Of a stretch of DNA of 64,000 nucleotides, positions 20,400 to 29,691 are shown in pieces. The translations under genes and the position numbers were made by a program. Positions within the stretch are counted from its first letter, which is position 1, and each line of letters opens with the position of its first letter. Source of the stretch: a plasmid; the sequence record NZ_CP041047.1; one strand, given 5' to 3'. The notes under the pieces were generated by a model that was not told the origin of the DNA, did not search any database, and saw only the letters and a program-made list of their open reading frames with translations.

Positions 20400-21491
20400 T
20401 TATTTAAGTGCTTCAGAACCGAATACAGCTTCAACGATGAGATGCAAAGATTTTTTATCATCTGCTGATGCACGATTACCAATCTGATAATCGAAAGCTG
20501 TTAATAATGCACGTGGCATCTTTGCAGCTTTCATCATTGAGTAGCGGTCAAGCCAGGCCACCAGCGAACGAGTTGAACACGTTACTGATAAACGAGTGTC
20601 GGGAAGAACACCGTCCGGGAGTTTTGCACTGTTAGTATTGACACTAGTGTCAATTTCACCGGTGATATTCTTGCCTACAAAAAGACCGCGAATCATATTC
20701 GCAACGTCAACAAATTTCTCCGCGACTTTGGTGTCGGGGATATATTTGGTAATCAATTTAGTCTCGGTCTCTTTTGGCATATAGTCAGCAGTGATAAACA
20801 TATAGCGGTCAAGGTTGGCCACATTTAATGTTTTCACACCGCCATAAACGCCAGTAAAATCGCCCTGACCAATCGAGTTAGCCGTTGCAACAAATCTGAA
20901 GTTCGGGTGCTGTTTAATTACCTCGTTGGTTTCAGGAATAACTAAATTCCCTCCTTCGAGGATGGCGTTAAAGGCATTGGCACAGGATGGGTCTAATTGA
21001 TCGTACTCATCGAGTAGGAAAATCAGTCCATACTTGTACGCCAGCGTCAGTGGGCCATGAACAAAAACAGTCTTGGTATCACCGGTCAGTTCATTACACT
21101 GAAGCCGGAGACCGCCAATGAGATTGTTAATATCCAGGTCTTGTGAAGCTGTAGTTTTCATGACAGGCCAGTTAAGTCTTGCTGCTACTTGTTCGACAAC
21201 ACTGGTTTTGCCACAACCTGTTGGGCCAGAGATCCACAGAGACTGATTTTGTGGATAGTTAATCCACATCAGTACAGATGAACGCAAATACGCTTCAAAA
21301 ACATAGTCGTCATTCTGTTTAGGCACGAATGCACTAAATGGATTGGCTGAGTCAAATCCCTGGAACGGTTTCACTTTATCCATCTGATGTTCTGGTACAA
21401 CAATACCAAATACAGAAGGGTGGACAGGTGTAGAGCGCGCCATGATTTCAACAGACAGGTTTGCGAAATTAGTAGTCATGATATACCTCAT
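20400..21491 (-). CDS. CobS/MoxR-family AAA+ ATPase. Likely true start is 21479.
   Basis: Walker A GPTGCGKT. Walker B FLLDEYD. Size and layout as in CobS, GvpN and NorQ-like ATPases. Confidence 0.7.
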   Translation of the reverse strand: MRYIMTTNFANLSVEIMARSTPVHPSVFGIVVPEHQMDKVKPFQGFDSANPFSAFVPKQNDDYVFEAYLRSSVLMWINYPQNQSLWISGPTGCGKTSVVEQVAARLNWPVMKTTASQDLDINNLIGGLRLQCNELTGDTKTVFVHGPLTLAYKYGLIFLLDEYDQLDPSCANAFNAILEGGNLVIPETNEVIKQHPNFRFVATANSIGQGDFTGVYGGVKTLNVANLDRYMFITADYMPKETETKLITKYIPDTKVAEKFVDVANMIRGLFVGKNITGEIDTSVNTNSAKLPDGVLPDTRLSVTCSTRSLVAWLDRYSMMKAAKMPRALLTAFDYQIGNRASADDKKSLHLIVEAVFGSEALK

Positions 21492-21536
21492 TAAATTAGA
21501 TAGATTTAAGAATTAAAAAAATTAAGAAGAATGATG

Positions 21537-21929
21537 CTATGCAGCAATATCAGCACGTACTAAATCAACATGCTTATAATTGCGGCTTACACTGCCACTG
21601 TTATCAACACTGGTTACCTTTGGGGCATACGTTACATAAGAGACGATGCCACGGGCACTCAATGCAGAGACCAGAACGGGCATAAAAAAGGTTTTGGCAT
21701 AAACAAGTACGCCGTCAGCCTTATATTTATTGCAGAGAGATGTAGCGATTTCAGCGAATTCTTTAGCCTTATCGGTCATAACATCTTCTGAAGGACAGGT
21801 ATTAAAGGTCAACAGTTCACGTAATGCGTGTGATACTTGCTGATCAACATCAATAACGCCCATTTCCCGTTGTTCCGGGGATGCAAGATATGCAGTCATA
21901 TTTACAAGAAACATGATCAGACTCCTCAT
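21537..21929 (-). CDS. Hypothetical protein (about 120 aa), first gene of the AAA/vWA operon
   Basis: ORF downstream of a 330-bp leader that carries the conserved box. Confidence 0.3.
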   Translation of the reverse strand: MRSLIMFLVNMTAYLASPEQREMGVIDVDQQVSHALRELLTFNTCPSEDVMTDKAKEFAEIATSLCNKYKADGVLVYAKTFFMPVLVSALSARGIVSYVTYAPKVTSVDNSGSVSRNYKHVDLVRADIAA

Positions 21930-22039
21930 TTAAAAAGATTAGTGAATTAGATGAATTAAGCCTTACATGAAGGCTGAAGTTAGGTACTAGTTTCAGTTTG
22001 GGAGTGACTGAGGCACTTGTTGTTGTCTACGTGACAACG

Positions 22040-22057
22040 AAACACCTTTTTCGACGG
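22040..22057. promoter_or_regulatory. Conserved 18-nt box AAACACCTTTTTCGACGG, copy 1, about 110-130 nt upstream of the AAA/vWA operon and flanked by hairpins. Candidate activator-binding site.
   Basis: An identical 18-mer is also at 25977-25994. Both have an adjacent small hairpin. Confidence 0.35.
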
Positions 22058-22250
22058 ACAAAAAAGCCTGCCGCTTATGTGAGCCGCAGGCTATCGAATT
22101 TGTTTAGGCGAGAAAAATCCTTGTGAATACCAGGAGGTATTCAGGAGTGGCTTGAGCGCCGAATTTAGAAGGTGTTTAAAGGCAGTTGCCTGAAGTTAAG
22201 CGGACTAAGCCGCTATTTAAAGATAATAAAGGATGTGTAATTGGTCAAGC

Positions 22251-22279
22251 AAAAAAAAAGCCCAGTTTTAAACTGGGCT
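22251..22279. terminator. Rho-independent terminator after exo (minus strand)
   Basis: gcccagttttaaactgggc hairpin plus a 9-nt T-run on the minus strand. Confidence 0.65.
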
Positions 22280-22285
22280 CAATAA

Positions 22286-23404
22286 TTAAAAAACAACGAA
22301 TTGTTGGGCTGAGTCTGTCTCTTCTGCACCAGGTGATACCAGTACGGAATTGTCATCCAAAGGAATGTAGACAGTATCAGTCAGAGTTGATTTATATTCA
22401 TAGGTACTTAGTGAATTTCGTACCGATGACTGACCGTAACATTCTGGATGATGTTTCGGGTCAATAGATAATTTATCGCAGATTCGTTTGTAGCTCGGTT
22501 TTTCCGGTACGCGAGACTGAAGAAAACGAAAGCCAAAGCCATCGATTCTAACAAGCTCGTTATAGGAAAAGCCAACAGAAACACCAAGACCCTGGATCAA
22601 TAAATTGACCGAGTTCTGGTATTCTTCGAACTGCTTTTTCTTTAAAGCTAACTCTTTCTCCATCTGCTGCAATGTTCCAACTTGTCTGGCTATGTCTACC
22701 ACACGAGCTTCCAGGTCGTCTGGAAGCTTAAAGCCTTGTGTATGAGACATGATTACAGGATCAGAGATAAGTAAAATATCTTTTTCCTTATCAAACGGCA
22801 TAGCTGTTTTTGTCTGTACCCTATTCCAGAAATATTCGCAGGCAACCTGGACGCGATAAAACGCTTTCTCCGAAGGCATAATTTTAAAGACCTTGGTCTG
22901 GTCAGTTGCTGACCAGAACACAAGATATGCCTGGGGTGCGCCTGTTGTCAGCAACTGGTGCTGAACTTGCCAGTAGTAATAACGAAATTCTGGCGATTTG
23001 GTTTCAAGCTGAAGAATAGAAAGATGTTTGCTCTCGCAAAGATTCTTTATCTCAAGGATTGAACCATCGTCAAATTGACCATCCAGTGAAGCAATCATGT
23101 AAGGATACTTTTTGTTCCTTACACAGAAAGGCAGGGCGATTTGTCCTATCTCTTTTTCGCAGTAACTTCTGGCAAGTGCTTCAAGCTTTTTACCAGCATC
23201 AACCTGTTTAATGACAGAAAGGTCTTCTGCCTGAATCAGGCCAGCGTATTGCAAATAGAGTTCGTAGGGCGTTTTAGTTGCACCTGGCTCCTCTAACAGA
23301 ATTGGGGAGCATGTTGCAGTCACACCGGTTTTACGCCATTCGAGCCAGTCCTTTGAACCCTGCACAACATCAACGACTTCATAAATGTCAGACATAATGA
23401 TCAC
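22286..23404 (-). CDS. exo: YqaJ/lambda-Exo-like alkaline exonuclease (phage-type recombination exonuclease)
   Basis: N-terminal QGSKDWLEWRKTGVTATC YqaJ motif. Downstream of the RecT-like gene. Confidence 0.65.
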   Translation of the reverse strand: MIIMSDIYEVVDVVQGSKDWLEWRKTGVTATCSPILLEEPGATKTPYELYLQYAGLIQAEDLSVIKQVDAGKKLEALARSYCEKEIGQIALPFCVRNKKYPYMIASLDGQFDDGSILEIKNLCESKHLSILQLETKSPEFRYYYWQVQHQLLTTGAPQAYLVFWSATDQTKVFKIMPSEKAFYRVQVACEYFWNRVQTKTAMPFDKEKDILLISDPVIMSHTQGFKLPDDLEARVVDIARQVGTLQQMEKELALKKKQFEEYQNSVNLLIQGLGVSVGFSYNELVRIDGFGFRFLQSRVPEKPSYKRICDKLSIDPKHHPECYGQSSVRNSLSTYEYKSTLTDTVYIPLDDNSVLVSPGAEETDSAQQFVVF

Positions 23405-23452
23405 CTTAAGATAAATTTAGAAAGTTAGACCGGCAGTTTCCTGCCGGATAAG

Positions 23453-25009
23453 TTAAGCGGCCTGAAGATCTTCAATAAGACCTTCTACCATTTCTTTTAG
23501 AGGGGGGAATGTCACATTGCTGAGAGCGGCATGAAGCCTGGTAAAATCAGAGGTATTAACAGCCTCAAGATATAACTGGTGTATTTCCACTGATTCGGCC
23601 TGGACTTCACCAACCCATTTGGCCGCGTCGGTTTTAAACTCACCCTTACCCATTTTTTCGATGAAGTTAAGGACTTGAGTAAAATCGAAGCTACCTACTG
23701 CGTTAATTAAATGATTTTTGAGAAGTGCCCTTCGGGATTTTTCTAAAGATAAGCGAGCGAACGCCAGCTCACTTTCATTCAGATCGAAACTGCTTTTTGC
23801 ATCGGTTAAAATAGTTTCGTATCCAAGCGTTTTTTCTGCCCGGCTTACTAACTTTTTAATTCTGCGTTCAACCCATTTTCTAACCCCGGGATGTTCAGAC
23901 ATTTCTTCATTGGACTGCCCATTGGTTTCTGCGGGTGGGGGGAGAATATCATCAGCCGCACCGTTTACTTCGGCTGGAGGAGTATTTCCCTCAGCCGTAT
24001 CGTTAACATCGGTTGGTGTATTGCTCTTGATGTCCTGCTGCTCGGCTGAATTAGGTTCTTCAGCGAGCTTATTGAACTCGCCTTCAATAACTTTACCATC
24101 AGCCTTTTCAGTTTGGATAGTGGTATCCGTATTACCAGCCGTCCTGGCTTCTTGTCTAATCTCCATTTCAGCTTCAGCAGCTGCGACGGGTATTGTTGCT
24201 GTACGGAAACCTTCACCACCAGCAGTGTTCAGATATTCAATCATCGAACTCAGGCGAGTACGGTTACCGGGAATTAAGTGTATGGTCTGCTTAATAGCAG
24301 ACTTGAGCACCATCTTCCACGGGAACTGAGTCCACGGAGAATACTGCCGTTTCTCCACTTTTGCCCAAGATTCGGATTTCGCCCGAGATTGAGCTAAATC
24401 CTGAAGGTCAATGAAAAATACCAGATGACGTCCATCCTTCATTAAATAGTCGACATAAGCCCCCCTGAACATGCCCCGATCTCCTAAATCACCCTGATCG
24501 GTGTTTGTGAGAACGAGTCCCCCTTTATAAGCAAAGGGGTCAAATTCGTGGTCTGGGCTGGAGCGACGACCATTGGTTTTAAATGAGTCCTTATCAAAAA
24601 CTAATTCAGCCACAATGTCTTCGCATAAACCTTCATCGGTGGCCATCCTGCTGAGCCCAATATAGGACACGTCGAGAATGACACGACCATCGCGTGGAAC
24701 CAGGTAAGCCTGCTTCTGCGCCGGGTCAAGAGTGAGGCCGCTACTTGCGAGCTGAAGGAATGCAGTTTCGAAGGACTTTGGATTATTAACTGCTATGTCA
24801 GCCAGGAAGTTATTATTGTTGACAATATGTTTTGCAAATACGCATTCACGTTCGAATGAGATATGCGGAGCACTGGAACCTGCGGATGCGAACATCTTAT
24901 CCAGCGACAACATATGTCGTGCAATACTGTCCATCTTTACGACAATATCGGAGTTGCCTTTATTGTTGTTAGAAGAGGAACCTGAGCTACGTGATTTATT
25001 TGAGTACAT
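23453..25009 (-). CDS. bet: RecT/Bet-family single-strand annealing protein with a roughly 230-aa disordered C-terminal extension
   Basis: Position in the ssb-recT-exo triad. N-terminal half of RecT size. C-terminus Pro/Glu/Asn-rich. Confidence 0.5.
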   Translation of the reverse strand: MYSNKSRSSGSSSNNNKGNSDIVVKMDSIARHMLSLDKMFASAGSSAPHISFERECVFAKHIVNNNNFLADIAVNNPKSFETAFLQLASSGLTLDPAQKQAYLVPRDGRVILDVSYIGLSRMATDEGLCEDIVAELVFDKDSFKTNGRRSSPDHEFDPFAYKGGLVLTNTDQGDLGDRGMFRGAYVDYLMKDGRHLVFFIDLQDLAQSRAKSESWAKVEKRQYSPWTQFPWKMVLKSAIKQTIHLIPGNRTRLSSMIEYLNTAGGEGFRTATIPVAAAEAEMEIRQEARTAGNTDTTIQTEKADGKVIEGEFNKLAEEPNSAEQQDIKSNTPTDVNDTAEGNTPPAEVNGAADDILPPPAETNGQSNEEMSEHPGVRKWVERRIKKLVSRAEKTLGYETILTDAKSSFDLNESELAFARLSLEKSRRALLKNHLINAVGSFDFTQVLNFIEKMGKGEFKTDAAKWVGEVQAESVEIHQLYLEAVNTSDFTRLHAALSNVTFPPLKEMVEGLIEDLQAA

Positions 25010-25083
25010 ATATACCTCATTAAATTAAATATATTAAAAAATTAAAAAGAAGAAGGTTGCTGATAAATCAGCAACCAGTCATA

Positions 25084-25848
25084 TCAACCGCGAACTGATG
25101 AATATGCGTTGGTTAATGTTTCCGGCCCGGTAGAGCTTAATTGTTCATTAAGTTTCATACGGGCTGCAATAACGGCTGCTGTCGAATTATCGGCTGGCAG
25201 AGTTGTCCAGGCTTGCATGTTGACTGGGCGCTTAGAGGTAGCCACTTGCGGACGTGATGTCTGCACGGCTCTATTCTTAGCGTCCAACTTCTGCGAAGTG
25301 TCTGGCTTCTTCTTTTCTGACTGTTTATTGTTGTCTGGTAATACAGACTCATTTCCAGGGTGAAGCTGTTTTTGCTCGGCATAGACTGTTCTCCATTTTT
25401 CAGAAGCAGTTCTTACCTCTTCATCAGACATTTTCTGCCACTTCATATCGTCCTTTAGTTTTTGCGCTACTTCAGGGGATAACGTAGTGACGGTTGATGT
25501 CGATGTTGCCTTTACAGTTTCATTTGCACGGGTATCAATTGATTGGCCAGTCTGAATGATTCGAGCCATGAAAACATGAAACTCAGTCCTCATTTGGTCA
25601 ATACCATTTTTTGTATAACGGAATGATCGAGCTAATGCCTCGATATACAGTTCGGTATTCATTTGAATATTGTCACGTAGAAAATCCGCGACTTTACCAA
25701 ATGCTTTTATCGAATAGAACTCGGTCTGGGACTTGCCGCTGATGGACATGTCACAGCGTAAACGAAAATAAATATACGAATCTGAATTATCAGATGCGGG
25801 CATATACTTAGGTTCTATCGCAACAATACCCTTTGCTCTGGATTGCAT
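25084..25848 (-). CDS. ssb: SSB-like single-stranded DNA-binding protein (N-terminal OB fold, long tail)
   Basis: First gene of the triad. N-terminal region of about 110 aa with an OB-like pattern. Assignment rests mainly on context. Confidence 0.4.
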   Translation of the reverse strand: MQSRAKGIVAIEPKYMPASDNSDSYIYFRLRCDMSISGKSQTEFYSIKAFGKVADFLRDNIQMNTELYIEALARSFRYTKNGIDQMRTEFHVFMARIIQTGQSIDTRANETVKATSTSTVTTLSPEVAQKLKDDMKWQKMSDEEVRTASEKWRTVYAEQKQLHPGNESVLPDNNKQSEKKKPDTSQKLDAKNRAVQTSRPQVATSKRPVNMQAWTTLPADNSTAAVIAARMKLNEQLSSTGPETLTNAYSSVRG

Positions 25849-25976
25849 AGTTTATACCTCATAAATTTTTAAATTAAGAAAGTTAGAATAATTTAGTGCT
25901 ATAGGCACAAGAATTAGAAAGATTGATGAAGCATCCAGTTAGAGTGCTGGACTCACTGTATCCTCAACAAGAGGAA

Positions 25977-25994
25977 AAACACCTTTTTCGACGG
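25977..25994. promoter_or_regulatory. Conserved box AAACACCTTTTTCGACGG, copy 2, about 130-145 nt upstream of ssb
   Basis: Identical to 22040-22057. Preceded by the hairpin cctcaacaagagg. Confidence 0.35.
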
Positions 25995-26215
25995 CGCAGA
26001 AAACACGATGCATGATGCACCGTGTGTCGAATTCTATGGGCGTAGGGAAGCCGTGCGAATGAACATATTCATTCAGGGATGGCGCGTTGCCGAAATAAAG
26101 AGTGTTAAAAGAAGTTAAGCGGTATGTCCGCGATATAAGATTATGATACGACGTTGGGTTGGTCAATCCAGAAAAGAAAAAAACCCAGCTTTCGCTGGGT
26201 TTTTGTTGGGAGGTA

Positions 26216-26728
26216 TTAGCATAACAAGCGTTCCAGACGCTTCCATGTTTGGATTGCCATGTCGGTTGATGCATCTGATATCTCTTTATAGAGATTGGTA
26301 TTTCGCCGTTCATAATAACCTGGATAGATGAGCCTATGCAGGCAATCATCTAACCTTGAAAGATCTCCAAAGTCCTGAGCGCCTACATTGATTTTTGCCC
26401 TGATTGCCAGTATATCTCCCTCTATTTTCATGAGCTCAATGAGCTCATGCATTTCGAAGAAAATATTAGACTGATAACGACCAGCATGTTCTTCGCATTC
26501 GATGCTATCGCATACGTCACATACTTCAGCGTTACAGGAATGATAACCGCAGTGATTACACGTATAAGAGAATCGCTGGTTTATCGCTCCTGCAACACAG
26601 TCTTCATAAATCCGATGTCGGCAGTCATTCCCACAATTTTCGCACTCTGCAATCATTGTGTAATCATCCAGTTCCATACCACCCGGCTCAATGCTACTAC
26701 CATAGACAATTGTCATAATATACCTCAT
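26216..26728 (-). CDS. Cysteine-rich (about 17 Cys, several CxxC pairs) putative zinc-binding protein. True start about 26716.
   Basis: CENCGNDC, CNHCGYHSC and CDVCDSIEC motifs. Confidence 0.4.
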   Translation of the reverse strand: MRYIMTIVYGSSIEPGGMELDDYTMIAECENCGNDCRHRIYEDCVAGAINQRFSYTCNHCGYHSCNAEVCDVCDSIECEEHAGRYQSNIFFEMHELIELMKIEGDILAIRAKINVGAQDFGDLSRLDDCLHRLIYPGYYERRNTNLYKEISDASTDMAIQTWKRLERLLC

Positions 26729-26778
26729 ATATTTAAAAGATTAAAAAGTTAAGGCTTATAGCCTGAGTTAAGAATATT

Positions 26779-27390
26779 TTAGCTTTCGGCGAGTACTTGC
26801 ATAACCCAAATGCCGCGACGTTTTTCGCTCAAAAGATTACGATACCCTGTAACCTTACCGCCTTCGTCAAAAACTTGTGCTTTGTCGGTTCTCACTTCAG
26901 ACTCTTTCCAGACTGAAACGATATCCCCAACTTGTGCCCCACAAGTCGCAACAGCACTTTTGAGCCCAATTGCCCAAATTTCATGGTCTTTCCCACCACT
27001 ACGAATTGTGACTAAATACGTTTTATCGTTATTAGGATCGTGTTTCCAGTTTTCGAGACCGTGGTAAACAAGTTTTCCTTCATAACGATGGTTCGTATAT
27101 TTGGCTTTGTCATTATTTGCCCCACCCTGAGAAGAACCTTCAACAATGTTTCCATTAGTTGATTCATTAGATTTTTTCCCAGACTTGGTAAAGAATGAAT
27201 TATAAATAACCAGTAAAGCAACCACCACACACACAGTCGCAGTAACAAAACCGAGACCAGTGAATAGTAAACCGCGTTCCGTTATAAAAATTGCCAGCCA
27301 GATTGGGCCAAGGAATCTGATATATTCAGCACGGTAATACACAGCACCAAAAAATACGATACCTGCCATTAATGAGATTGGGTCAGACAT
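26779..27390 (-). CDS. Membrane protein with a soluble C-terminal domain, unknown function
   Basis: Two N-terminal TM helices. First gene after a 440-bp divergent leader. Confidence 0.35.
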   Translation of the reverse strand: MSDPISLMAGIVFFGAVYYRAEYIRFLGPIWLAIFITERGLLFTGLGFVTATVCVVVALLVIYNSFFTKSGKKSNESTNGNIVEGSSQGGANNDKAKYTNHRYEGKLVYHGLENWKHDPNNDKTYLVTIRSGGKDHEIWAIGLKSAVATCGAQVGDIVSVWKESEVRTDKAQVFDEGGKVTGYRNLLSEKRRGIWVMQVLAES

Positions 27391-27828
27391 AGATCACCTA
27401 TAAATTTAGAATGCGAAAATTTAGCCACCTAAAAGGTAAACTAAACGGATGTACACAAGAATGCACACCTGTTGATTTCGCTGGAGTTAAAAGGATTAAC
27501 AATTTTTTTTGTTTGGGATTGAGAACCAAAATACCCGTTTGGGTAAGCAAAGAGACATGTCAGGTTTAACCTAAACACATCAGAGATGCTCGGGCCTGTA
27601 GGAGGCGTAGTTAACCCGGGAGGAGGTCATCCGGTGGGCGCTGGTAGAGCGCGAAATTAACTAGGAAGTTGTGCTGATGTCCGTCAGCTCGGTTCTTATT
27701 CATTTAAGCATAATTGTTTATTTTTTCAAGTCAGTTTTTCATGGTCATATTGCAGCCATTTTTCAATGACAACTATCCTGAGTTTTGGCCTAATCAATTG
27801 GCATACAAATTAACTCCGAGGTTCTGTT

Positions 27829-28575
27829 ATGGCTAAAGCACCGGTACAAACCGTAAAACAAGCTAAAAAGAGTGGGGCTCAGGATAACCGAACCCCTAAC
27901 ACCCGTGTCGAATATTCCAATCCTGAAGCTGTCGTGAAATTTACTCTTCACACACAGGAAGGTATTCGTGTCCAGTCCCGAAATTTTAACATTATCTCCC
28001 AGGCGCTCTTCAATCTGACCAATAACAGCCGAGCCCTTGAACGGCTTGGCGCTAAATACAGTGGTGCAATTGAACGTACACTGAAGGCAGTTAACGAAGT
28101 AATCGACATGCCTGAGAAAGAACTGGAAAATAACATTGCTATTCTGAACCGTGCGGTAAAAGAAGAAGAAGAACGCAGCAGCCTCAATGAAGTCGGGTAC
28201 ACCCATCCAAAAGAACATGAGGTTCGCATCAGAACGCCGCAAGCAATGCGGGTTATCCGCATTATTCAGAACTTTGATAAATTGCACCAGATCATCGATA
28301 CCCTCTGGTTAAATAACTGTTTTAATCAGGATGAGGTCGAAGAGTTTAAGTCTCGTCTTCATAATCTCATTCGTGATCTGGCTGCATCACTCAAACGTCA
28401 CGCGCAGGCATCTGCTGATGAGCTTAATCAGGCCAATGGCCGGGCCGCTGAAAAAGAATTGGCTGGAAGCACTGAGACAGAACCTACCCAGGTAGACCAG
28501 GATACACCGGTGTTGCAGGATGCCAGTAATGAAGCGAATGATGATCAGAATGAGGCCATTAAACGGCAGGCTTAA
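27829..28575 (+). CDS. Hypothetical alpha-helical or coiled-coil protein with an acidic C-terminus, divergent from the 26.2-27.4 kb genes. Possible regulator or KfrA-like.
   Basis: The only plus-strand gene in the 14-35 kb block. Charged helical composition. Confidence 0.3.
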   Translation: MAKAPVQTVKQAKKSGAQDNRTPNTRVEYSNPEAVVKFTLHTQEGIRVQSRNFNIISQALFNLTNNSRALERLGAKYSGAIERTLKAVNEVIDMPEKELENNIAILNRAVKEEEERSSLNEVGYTHPKEHEVRIRTPQAMRVIRIIQNFDKLHQIIDTLWLNNCFNQDEVEEFKSRLHNLIRDLAASLKRHAQASADELNQANGRAAEKELAGSTETEPTQVDQDTPVLQDASNEANDDQNEAIKRQA

Positions 28576-28596
28576 TTCAACGAAAAACAAAAATTA

Positions 28597-28625
28597 AAAA
28601 CCCTGCATCGCAGGGTTTTTTTATT
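28597..28625. terminator. Bidirectional terminator between the 248-aa gene and traU
   Basis: ccctgcatcgcaggg hairpin flanked by A and T runs. Confidence 0.6.
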
Positions 28626-29691
28626 ACATTGTGCGGCAACAATCTACCCACTGGAAAATCATGTAGGTACTGTCCTGGCCTTTACCGGTTGGATAGCGGA
28701 AAGGCCCACCTTGCCATTGGTATGGGGACTCACCGACCTCATGACTGTTTTTTGTCTCCGGGGTAGGGTAGAACATATTCAATTTGTACTGCTGCTTTGG
28801 CAACGTTGGGTAAATCTTGGAGCGACAAACAGTATCGTTTCCCATCGAACGGTAGGCCAGTCCGCGCCGATGTTCTGCGGCCAGCATACGGATCCCGACC
28901 AGGCTGGTTGTTCTGGGGGCATCCATACTCCGTACCGAACCAGTTAAAGGATACTGCCCACCCCAGGAACCGGCACACCACCAAAGTGAGTCTATAGGCT
29001 GTTTACCTGCAAATTGCGCAGCTGCTTCACCGGCGCAAGCCTGCATTGCTATCACGTTAGCCACAGCTGCTGATTCCGGGTTCTGGAAGAATGCCAGCAT
29101 CGTATTATTCCAGGTCGGGTCAATCTCCGTGAAATTAATGATGTCAAAATCGCTGTATGGGTCGGCATTGCACTGGCCGGGTAGATACATATCAAGCATT
29201 CTTAATAACGGCATCGCATACATATGAGCATTGTAGAAACTGATCGAGAAACGCTCCCGTTGTTCCTCGGCTGCACCATCGGTCTGCGGGCCAAACTGCA
29301 AATCATTACCAAGGTCGAGGGTTACCCCCCCAAGCGATGACATACACCCGGGTGTTCTCGTTAACTCAATGAGCTTTCGCGGTTCCCACATCGCGGTCAA
29401 TACACCCGGGTGATAGACGTTAAGCCCGTCCTTACAGGCACATACTGTCCCTGATGCTGCATTGTCAGGTGCAGTGCCAGTCATCGACAGATTAATACCG
29501 GCAAGCTTTATCGGGAAAATACAGTTCCAGCAAACATCGGTAATGAGTTTCGCTGATAAGACCTGGTTATCATGACAGACCTTGTTCTGTACGGGTGATG
29601 AAACGTCAGCGGCCAAAACCGGGAAAGTAAAAGCCAGACATGCGAGCACCAGGGTCTTGGGTGATTTCAGAACTGAGAGTATTTTTTTCAT
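28624..29691 (-). CDS. traU: TraU/TrhU pilus assembly protein
   Basis: Signal peptide. Conserved Cys pattern (DVCWNCIFP). 355 aa. Follows traW. Confidence 0.7.
   Translation of the reverse strand: MKKILSVLKSPKTLVLACLAFTFPVLAADVSSPVQNKVCHDNQVLSAKLITDVCWNCIFPIKLAGINLSMTGTAPDNAASGTVCACKDGLNVYHPGVLTAMWEPRKLIELTRTPGCMSSLGGVTLDLGNDLQFGPQTDGAAEEQRERFSISFYNAHMYAMPLLRMLDMYLPGQCNADPYSDFDIINFTEIDPTWNNTMLAFFQNPESAAVANVIAMQACAGEAAAQFAGKQPIDSLWWCAGSWGGQYPLTGSVRSMDAPRTTSLVGIRMLAAEHRRGLAYRSMGNDTVCRSKIYPTLPKQQYKLNMFYPTPETKNSHEVGESPYQWQGGPFRYPTGKGQDSTYMIFQWVDCCRTM

Noticed and set aside
25939-26349. 136-aa minus-strand ORF spanning the ssb leader
   Set aside because: It covers the conserved box and hairpins of a non-coding leader and overlaps the end of the upstream gene. 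It is likely spurious.
18985-26728. N-termini MRYIMT and MRYVMT shared by three unrelated ORFs
   Set aside because: This is an artefact of the conserved AATGAGGTATATCATG junction. The first ATG lies inside the SD-containing motif, so the true starts are the second ATG.
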